From positions 1 through 45,977 of the forward strand of contig NW_003314314.1 in the NCBI RefSeq assembly GCF_000143415.4: a stretch of DNA of 45,977 nucleotides, given 5' to 3'. This stretch comes from Selaginella moellendorffii. Taxonomy: Eukaryota; Plantae; Lycopodiophyta. Numbering within the stretch: the first letter of the stretch is position 1; each line of letters opens with the position of its first letter. Under the pieces are notes generated by a model that made no database searches, was not told where the DNA came from, and worked only from the letters and a program-made list of their open reading frames with translations. Below are positions 36,269 through 45,977 of the stretch, piece after piece. The translations under genes and the position numbers were made by a program.

Positions 36269-37045
36269 AAAGTTCTTCCACTTTAATAATGAAAAGACTG
36301 CAACATAATCACCTTTTAACAATGTCTAAAAACTATGCAAATACGCATAAATCTTTTTGAAACTTTTGTTATCATGGAGTAGTTCACCTTCATTGGTTGC
36401 AACATATGGCTAATATACATAATAGAATTGTATTAACCAAACACAATCATGCTCTCTTGCATCAACACACTTTTGAGATAATATCAAAAAGCATCTACAA
36501 AAGGTTGAGTGTAGTCAAAATACTCAAAAACTAGAAAAGTTATCAACACATCTTTGAGATGAATGCCTATTCACAATCCCAAATTAGATGAAAAATAATA
36601 TGAACAACTTCATTAATGCTTGCAATGATAAAAAAAGACAATAACATGAAAAAGATATTGCACCTTGCCAAGAAAGTGTTGCATATTGTTCATGCACTTT
36701 GGAGTAGAGAACTTCATAACATTTACAAGTTTGTCAGAATCAATTTGTAAATTTTCATGAAAAATATAATACTCAAGTTATATGCATTTTAACCGTATCA
36801 ATGTCAAATTAACTTCCTATAACTGATCCCAATGTTTTACAAACACCACAAGTGTGTTCCTCCTATGGCCCCTTAAAGTGAATTAAGACATTATTAATGA
36901 AATTAATAGTCACTTTTAACATATTGTAAAGAATATCATCCAAAAAGTCTCCAAAGAATTATTCAATCTATATAGTATCATAAAAAATTCATATAAATTA
37001 AATGGGTTATAGAAAGTACTATTTAGAACATCCTCCTTATATAAG
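36269..37045 (-). mobile_element. Decayed Ty3/gypsy RT and RNase H (element A), copy 2
   Basis: Paralog of 14587-15365 (offset +21680); FINNVLI at 36881-36901. Confidence 0.85.
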
Positions 37046-38065
37046 CAACTAAATTAATTAACCACACATTTGACCATTTGGAGGAGTTTCACTCACCATT
37101 TTTATAAATTTTATTCCCATTTTAAGGACTTGCTAGCCTCATGAATGATTTGTCTACCACTCAGCTTTTGCACTTGGTCCAAATGCTCTATATATTCAAT
37201 CCCATGATAAACACCTAAAGATACCAATGACATCATCTTATTGCACTAAGGTTATATCCATTCACCTTTATCTAATTGGTAGCCTAAAACCATCTATACC
37301 TAAGGATGCTAAGATGTGGTCATAAAATGAGGTCATAAGATGACCACTCATTTTGGAAGACAACATTGCAAAGACATAGAAAACACCCTTCCTTAATATC
37401 CTTTTTTTAGTCCCTATCTAGTCCCTTTCCATACATAGTTGTGCTTGCCAACACTACCACTGGGTTAGGGCCTAAAGGCCTAAAGGCCTGACCACTAAGT
37501 CCCATCCACCTCTAAAACTTCCTTGCCACGTGACTATATGCTTGGTCATTACACAAGAGGATTATTCCTTTTCTTTTCCACAGTCTGGGACTTTAGGATA
37601 ATATTTCGAAACATTGTAACCCAATGCAAACCTTATGGGTACTCTCCCCACCTTCTGCCTCTAGGTGCCCTAGCCATGTGGCTAGAGCAAGGTTCCGAGA
37701 AGCCATACTAGGTATCTAAGTAGGTAGTAACACCTACACTTGTATGAGACACAAATCCTTAAGCCCTAAACTCTAGACCATTTAAGCATTTTAAAGGAAA
37801 TTAAAACCTTTCTACCTTTGCTCTTCTTGCATCCTCAAACAATAGTTATCTAGAGTGGAGCCAAGAGGGTGCCATGTGGTAGTGGCTGAAGTGGAAACTA
37901 AACAAGTGTAACACATTTGGACTAAAAGCTCTAACTCGAAAAGTCGAGAGTAAGAGTGGAACTCTCATTAAAATGCTCAAGGAATAAGCATAAAGCAATT
38001 AATAAGCAAGCCTCTTGAAAAGGGAAACAAAAGGTTCAACATATAACACATGGAAGTGTCAGAAT

Positions 38066-38395
38066 TGAGTCCGAGATGGACCCGAGATGGAGTCCGAGAA
38101 GGAGTCCAAGATAGAGTCCGAATTGAAGTTTGAGATGGATGCGAAATGGAGTCTGAGAAAGAGTCCGAGATGGACCCAAGATGGACCCAAGATGGAGTCT
38201 AAAATAGAGTTTGAGATGGACCCAAGATCGAGTCTAGATGGAGTCTAAGAAGGAGTCTAAGATGGAGCCCAAGATGGAGCCTAAAATGGAGTCTGAGATG
38301 GGGACCGGGACTGGGACCAAGATAGAGGCTGAGACCCAGACCGAGTCCAAGACTGTGTCCAAGACCTAGTCCAAATTTGAGTCTGAATTCGAGGT
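38066..38395. repeat. 11-12 bp minisatellite, copy 3
   Basis: Paralog of 959-1295. Confidence 0.9.
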
Positions 38396-41169
38396 GAAAG
38401 CCCAAAGCAATCATTTCCCAAGTAAGCTTTAAAAGGATAGTAGGGGGAGGATTTCAGTGGAAATAGTTTGGCTAGTAAAGCCAGTGTGGCTAAGGAAGGT
38501 TATACCCACGTGATGGGTGATAATATAACCATTGAGGAGTTCAAAACTAAAGTGAATATGGATGAAAGTGGGATAACTTGGTGAAGTGTTCAAGAGCTAG
38601 CTCTAGCTCCCCCGGGAGATCGAATAGTCGATGCTCCCAATCTAAGTGTGGGTGGCACTACCTACTTGAATACCTGGCATGACTCATCAAAACCTTGCTC
38701 TAGCCACATGGCTAGGGCACCCAAAGGTAAAAGGTGGAAAGAGTATCTATTAGGGCATTTTTTAGCCCCAACTATGGATCCATCCCTCATATATAAACTC
38801 ACAAAGCCACAATTTCAAACTCAACTACAAGAGAAAATGGGGAGGACCCTTGATATTTCACCCTCGCATGGTTTTTATACAATCATTCGGAATATTTTGA
38901 GAATCAAAATATCCTCTCCCTCTCTCTCAAGACACCCATATCTACAACTGGGGAGTAGGAGTAGGAGTAGTAGTGGGAGTAGGAATAGAAATAGGGGTAG
39001 AAGTAGGAGTAAGAGTGGGGCAAGAGTAGGCTTAGGAGCAAGAGTAAGAGTTACTTCTCTAGTTGCAGCACGTGATGCGAGGAGAAGGCAGTAATGAGCT
39101 AGTGCCACAACAAGCAATTATTGGTGGGTGCACAAGACTTTGGTGTGCAAGAACCCATGGCTAAGATGCTCCCATATGCTAGAATGTAGTGTCTAGAGTG
39201 GGTAATTGCTGAAACAAAGAGAAAAGGAAAAGAAAATAAGAGATGGAAATAAAAAATAAAATAAAGATGAAAGTAGAAGATGGGAAAGGAGTTTAAAGTG
39301 CAAAGATACAAGGAAAACCCAGTGGGAAATTATGTGGTTGAATTAGATACTCAAGAAAGTAGGAAAACAGGGAAAAAAGAGGTAAAAAGAGCAAAAAAAC
39401 CAAATGGAAAGAAGCTCAAACACTCTGGAAAGTGAATATGCAAATGCAACCTCAAGCTCATATAGTTTGTGCTCAAAACTTTGGCTGAGAATGAAGAAGA
39501 AAACATAAGAACTATATTGCCGAATGGTGGTAACTATGAAATAAAAGATGAACTATAATGGAAGAAAGTGATGATAGGGGATCTTAGTAGATGGATGATA
39601 TGATTGAGTGTGTCCAAGGATGGGCTCTAATCTGATGTAGTGAAATGTGAAGTCATAGCTACTGCTCACACCAAAAACTATTGGACTATTGCTCAAAAGG
39701 TGGCAAACTGCTTCACCTATGATTTGAGCTGGAAGAAAAGGGTGTTGGCTTTGTTGGCCACACCTTTGAAAGCAATTGGATGCCCTCTACAATTAGGCTA
39801 TTCTACTAGAAGAAGAAATTAGTTCTAAAAAAAAGAAAGTTGCAATATGTGACTAGTTCATTGAATATTTCACATGTTGTGCATGAGAATATCTTAATTT
39901 GTGTTTTTTCTTGTCTGGAAGAGCCTTTATGATGAAGTGTTGTCCACAAATGTCTAGTATGAATGGATGATAAATGGTGGAAAATGTGAAAGATGTTATT
40001 AGGTATGTGTAGTGTGTGGTAGAGAATTCTAGAGTATAGATGATATAGAATGGTGATGAAAATGTGAGGATGGAATTGATGTAGAGAAAAAAGCTAAAGA
40101 AATGAAGCACAAATCAACAAGAGTCAAGAAATTTTCATACAATCAATAATGTAGCTAGAGCGTGTTCATTAAAAGAGACTTTCTCCACATAATTCCTTGA
40201 CCTGAAAAAAGATGTAAAAAGAGTGAGAGTAGAAGAAAAACAAAAAAAAACAAAAAAAGTAAAAAAAATGAGTAGTGCAAGCAACTTTTGTGATGGGTGA
40301 TGATGATGGAAGTGCCAAGAGGATGCAAGGCATCATATAGAAGGCCTAGAATGCCACTGTAACTGACTTAGTCACCCTCAAGTGTTAAATTGCATCAAAA
40401 ATGCCTAAAGTGGTGAATAATGTCACTGTAAGAGAATTTAGGATGCTAGAACTGCTTGGAAGGATGGGAGCCTCCTGAGGATGGTAGAAAGTGTCCCCAA
40501 GGACATATGGAAGTCATCATGTGTTACTGATGAAGTGTCGATAGTGTCGGAGAATGCTTTGAGTGTTGTAGTAGGATGAAGTTGGGATCCAGCCATGAAC
40601 CTAAGTTTGGGAAGAGTTGAGATGAGGTGCCAAGTTGGGAGAAACTCCAAGGAAAAGTTGAGATGCTACTGGAAAATGCCTACCACCCTTATGTCATGGT
40701 CGTATCCCAAGTGAGTAGCAAGGTTGGACTGCAGGTCTAGGGTGAGAAATGCCACCAAAAGTGTAGTCACTAAGCTGGAAAGTCAAAAGTGTACTCAAAG
40801 AGAGTGAAAAAGTTATGCTCTCCAAAGTGTTATTGATGCCTTGTGACCCTATTTCATTAGCAGCTCCAAAACTACTATATAAATGCTAGAGTTAGAAAAG
40901 TGCTTGGAGAATCCACTACTTGGACAAAATCCTCACTATGCTGCAACAAAGGAATTGATGTGAAATCCCTAGATGTGTTGAAGCCAAGGGATCTCTAGAC
41001 TTGTGTAGTGATGGTAAAGAAGTCAAGTGTTAATGTAGTCCAGTCCATGTTGAAGAAGTCAATCATATTGCAGTCAACAACTTAGATCTCCAATAGTGTG
41101 TCATCCTCGATAAGTTTCAGGAAAAAAACCTTGAGAGCCTAAGCAACTTTAATGATGGAAGAAGCATCC

Positions 41170-42448
41170 ACTTAAGACAAGCTAGATGGAAGTAGAGAAT
41201 GACCATGGGTATTGAAAAGAGTTGTTGCATAGATGCCATTAGTAATTGTTGATTCTCCCTTGGCCCAAGTTGTCATGTAAGTCTGTCCTAAGATGATGGA
41301 GTCTTTCAGCTTGTCAAATCCTAGCTGTTGGAAGTCCACAACAAGGAAATTTAGCATGGAAACCACTCCTTGCACCAAGATCTTGACATTCTAACAAATG
41401 CCTGTAGGGACAATTCAGTGATTGGCAAACATTTTGAGGATGACAACTGTGTTTGTCACCACTTCCAAACAACTAAAAAGTGCCAAGTTGAGGGAGATGA
41501 TGTTGCTCTGAGATCTAGAATCAAGTAATGCTTGTGCTGTCAAAGATCTATCGCTGATGTGGACCTCCACAAAGAATGCTTTGGGATCATGAGTGGTATG
41601 AGTGTTGATGATGTGCATGTCATGCTGATGTTTCACGGGGATGCCTGTGGACTTGGCAAAAGCCTCCAACTAAGGAGTAAAGTCGGGTACATATCGCAAA
41701 AGCTCACCAAGTATGATCTAGACTGGTATGTTAACAATCTAAGCAAGAACCTCTTGTGGGACTCGAGAAAGAGTGGAGGGCAGCTGGGAGACCCCACATT
41801 GAAAGTTGGATGAATATCTGGTTGTTGGATTTGAAGTTGTGGCCAAGGATGTGGGTGGCGCTGCAAATACTGAAGCATGGGGTAATTTGCATGCCATGAG
41901 AGATGGGGAAGTTCTGGAAACTAGAGCTGGATCCTGCTCACCATCAATATTTGGGGCTAAAGGAGAAACCTTCTTGTGCCCTTGAGTCATAGCAGCCATT
42001 TTATAACCGTCCTCTACAACATAAACTATGTTGACATGCATTGGTGTCTTTCCACAGCTCGACGAAGGGGTGTCTTCAATCGCTTTCTACTCCAGTTGTT
42101 GCTAGTATCTATCTCTAGCCATGGAAGAAATATGTTGTCTACTAGAAGTTGCTATTGAACATGTTGGACAGAAGGTGGTCGAAGTTCTAAGTGAAGCTTC
42201 CAACATCTCTCTATGCTGTGTGTCGTAACATCACAATGCGAGTAAGTACCAAGAACAAGGAGGGAATCTCAGTCTCTCTACCTACTATAAGCGGCATACT
42301 CTAAGCTCTTCAAGTATCTTCTCTTGTATTTATCATTGTTGCTGGATGATCTCCTTGTATTTTGCAAGCTCTGACAATGCCTTCTCGATCATTGAGGGAA
42401 CTCTATCATCATTGTGCAAGGCTGGAGAAGAATGGATCATGGTAGCAC
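41170..42448 (-). mobile_element. Element B protease region, copy 3 (gag N-terminal part deleted)
   Basis: ORF 41415..41669 contains AQALLDSRSQSNIIS and ORF 41172..41378 contains SIILGQTYM. Homology to copy 1 stops at ~42448. Confidence 0.7.
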
Positions 42449-45400
42449 GATCATGGTATCAAGAATGGATCAACCTTAAGTCCAATCTAACCCGAGGAGG
42501 GGGATTAGGAGAAAATTTACAAATCTATAGATGGATGGTTAACACTTCATTGCTCGTGCAGTAAGTAGTTAAATCCAAGTAGAACCAAGTAGGAGATGGT
42601 ATAATAAGTGGGGACCTTGGCAAGGAAACTTAACTAATGCCAAGGCAAAGGTGGTCGAATAGAAAAGATAAATTGGCAAATTAGAAAAAAAATATTTATG
42701 GCTTATATCAAATTCCAAACCTTTTGTGCAACAAAATGAAGATTTGGTACGCACTTAATATCTTTTACGAACACTAACTCCCCATATCCAACTTTTGCAT
42801 GTAAAATAGTATTAGATGGTGTTTAGCCCAATTCTGGCATACTGGTGGCCTATAACAAAAAGGTGGATACCCCATTGATTAGAGCAACATGGAACTTGAG
42901 ATTATTCCCAAGCTAGATACAAAATCATGAGCAATACAACCTAGCAGGAGCCAAATTAATATTTTAGATGGTCAATAATGCTTCCAAATACTATCTTTAC
43001 TATACATTTAAAACCCCCCACAACCCCTCATCCCTCACCCTAGAAAAATGCATGCTTTTAGGCTTTCACCCCAATCTCAACAACTAGTTTATGGGATTTG
43101 AAAATTTACTAGATATGGAATAGAACTAAATTGTGAATTGGGATGTAGGAACAACACCATGGGATTCATGACACTCTTTAGATTCCATAGATATGCATTT
43201 AGATAGATTTAACCACTTACTATAAATAGCATAAAGGACTGAATGGAACCAATACATGAGGTATGATAGTGAGGCTGTTTGGTGGACACAATAAGCTATC
43301 ATAAAGCATTATTGAGGAACTAAACACATGAGGATTCTTATCATTAGCTAGTGCAACATATAACACATTTAGCTAATAATATATAAAAAATTTCACTAGC
43401 ATAAGAGGAAACAATAATAAAGTGGTGCAATTGTATCGACCTTTATGGCAGAAGAGAGAGTGTCCAAAAGTACTGGTTAACAAGTATTTTTTGATACATG
43501 AAGTCACATTTATGATATTTTACAATATATGCCCAATGTACATAATAGAATGATGCTAACTAGGCATAATTATACTAATTGTGAAATTTTGGAATTTGGT
43601 GAATATAAAGTTCTACTCGGACTTTTAATACAGAAAAATACACTAAGAATATTAGGAAATCCTCTTGATTGGAACTTTGGACACATCTAGAAAGATTGTT
43701 GTTGAGAAGAAACAAATTAATATCCTTGCAAGGACTTTATATTGCCAAAGTAACCTAGTGTTCTGGAGATTCTAGCATCTTTGTCAAGCTCTTCTAGTCA
43801 AGCTGGGCAGACTCACTAGTCTATTGGTATTTAAAAGTGCCCTTATAATAAAGTTGGTTGGACTCACTAGTCCTTCAGGGGTTTTTTTTTTAAATCTAAG
43901 AGCACTCAATTCCTCATGATTGTCAAGAGTCTATAATAGAAGCATGTGACTTTTAACTCTATGACTTTCTTTTAGCCAATTCACCAAATTCACCTAGGTG
44001 TTAAGACCAAACATTACACAATAAATAAAATATTGAACACATACCATCTACAAGATCTCTTCTAGTTATGACATCTATAGGCAAAACACTAAACTATAGT
44101 TGAAGTATGAAGAACAAAGAAGTAATTAAAAATACAAAGGCTTTGATTTTCTTACTTTCCCAAACATTTCAATCATCAATGTTAATCTAACTTTTCTTTG
44201 ATCCCTTGGGCAGTTTTCCACCATAAAGGATCAAAGGACAATAGTAATATTGATGGGAGAGGGAGAGAAAATACAAAAGAAAGCCTTAGGAAAAGTAAAG
44301 AATAATTGAGTAAGTGAGTGTTGTGATAGAAAATAATATTGGCATTGCTAATTATGTCGGTGTTGAGGACAAACCTCTACATAGCCATGATAATTAACAT
44401 CATAGTAGGGAATTTTTAATCTTTAGGTAGTAGTGCTTCTTTGTACTCACTCATGTTGGTGTTCTTGGAGTTTTTGCTTCACATAAATATCCTATTTAAA
44501 TTCTATGATTTATTAAACAATTAAAAAACTATATCTTTAATCTAATTTTAAATCCATTTTATTTATTTAAAATATAAAATTTTTATTACTTTTATTGTAA
44601 AAATTACTATATAGTTTTTGACATTAATTAGTATATTGAGAATTTTAAACTATCATTATTTTAATATTTTTTAGATAAAATATATATTATTATCAGCTAA
44701 TGCATTTGTAAAAAATTTAGTAGTTGTATACCAGTCTGGTGTTATACTTTTAGAATACCTTTATATTTTGTGTATGTGTGTGTGTGTGTAACTAAATATA
44801 TATTAAATTATAATATTTTCTCAAGAAACATAAAATAGTGAAACTAATAAAACTTTATTACAAATAAAAATTTGCTTTAAATATTAGCATTTTTTATTTC
44901 ATAGATTTTAAGAACCCATAAAAATATAAACTTGCAACATAATAACTAAATAAAGGAAAATGTCAAAGGCCAAATGTAAAGAGTAAAAATAATCATTTAA
45001 TAATCAAATTTCTACTTGGATTACAATTCTCAATTTAATCAGTATTTAGTAGGAACTTTTATTTATAATAACCAAACGAAGACAAGTGTTTCTACTTATC
45101 AATTTCCTATACAAGAGTATCTAAAAGAGTGCTTGTGTGTGGAGGCTGGTAAAATGTTGCAATGCTGATCTATCTATCAAACTGCAAGAAATTGCAGAGG
45201 TGAAGGGAAGTTTCTTGCCAATTGTTACAAATGCGATGGCCTTTAGACTCTCGTTCATGATTTGAAGCTTTCTTTGATGCTCATGAACAGCAATCTTACA
45301 AGTTTGATTGGTGGCGATGTGCAGAAATTTAGTTTTTTTCCCATACAATGGTAACAACTTTGACTGTGGGCAAGCCTTTTCCCTTTTCATCCGCTTATGA

Positions 45401-45575
45401 CCTTCTAGACCAAGTCAAATGGCTTTATACCATATGGAACAACTGGAGGTGCGTACATATTAGCTCCTGAGTTCTTGCTCTAACGTGGTGTCGTGGTGTC
45501 GTGTGCCTGGGTGCCTAGAAAGTCGAACACCTTCGCTATCACCATCGTTACCCCACAGTCCAGCAGGAGATTTAA

Positions 45576-45977
45576 GGCAAAGCGTCCTTTATCAACGTGC
45601 ACGTCTTCAAAGGCTTTGGAATTCTTCTAGTCTCATGTGATTTTGCTTTTTCCCAGAACCACTGGAGGTTCTTGTTAATAGTATGACTCTCATCATTGTT
45701 TTTTCTTGTTTCGTTCTTTTTATTTCACAGGTGGAGTTGCTAAACTACCAGTGGATTGAAGATCGTTCATTTGGTCGGGTCGGTTCAAATTTACATGCTA
45801 TGTGATGGTAATGCCTCTGGAGCAAACTATGTAAGATCTTATTTTCCTGAGCTGGATTTGTTTTTCCCTTTTCTAATCAAGTTACGGGGACAAACTGATC
45901 AGGAATCCTTGCAAACGTACAAGAAGATCCACGATGTTAGAGACAAGTCTACAGATTGCAAATACTCGGCCTACATG
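45576..45977 (+). pseudogene. Ulp1-like gene relic, copy 3
   Basis: Nearly identical to 26364-26765. Confidence 0.4.

Larger units (their letters stand above)
15425..37104 (+). repeat. Tandem segmental duplication unit, copy 2 (most complete, ~21.7 kb)
   Basis: Collinear with copy 1, plus extra blocks at 16621-17319, ~23423-27818, ~32550-33295 and ~34610-35870. Confidence 0.97.
37105..45977 (+). repeat. Tandem segmental duplication unit, copy 3 (partial, runs off the window)
   Basis: Matches copy 1 from 1 to ~5057, then jumps to the equivalent of copy 2 ~23421-26765. It is more diverged from copies 1 and 2 than they are from each other. Confidence 0.96.

Noticed and set aside
1-45977. Array as a pure assembly artefact
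   Set aside because: Three distinct versions each have private insertions with TSDs, inversions and several percent divergence, which a simple false duplication would not give. Read-level confirmation is still advisable.

Overview
This is eukaryotic, plant-type DNA with spliceosomal GT-AG introns of about 50-67 bp, CpG-rich exon islands in AT-rich, CpG-poor transposon debris, and a Cassandra TRIM. The very short introns suggest a compact, Selaginella-like genome, but that is inference only. The whole window is a head-to-tail tandem array of one large unit: copy 1 is ~1-15424, copy 2 is ~15425-37104 and copy 3 is ~37105-45977 (cut off by the window edge). The unit carries a decayed Ty3/gypsy gag-PR-RT-RNaseH-INT element that crosses the unit boundary and is split by an old TRIM, plus a second decayed gag-protease element. 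It also carries a three-exon minus-strand orphan gene for a highly charged repeat/coiled-coil protein (537 aa in copy 1, 552 aa in copy 2) and relics of a coiled-coil gene, an LRR gene and a possible Ulp1-like protease gene. The copies differ by a full Cassandra insertion, a Cassandra solo LTR, three micro-inversions, several large deletions and a coding 45-bp VNTR. I saw no prokaryotic systems such as CRISPR or operons. All alignments and translations were done by eye.
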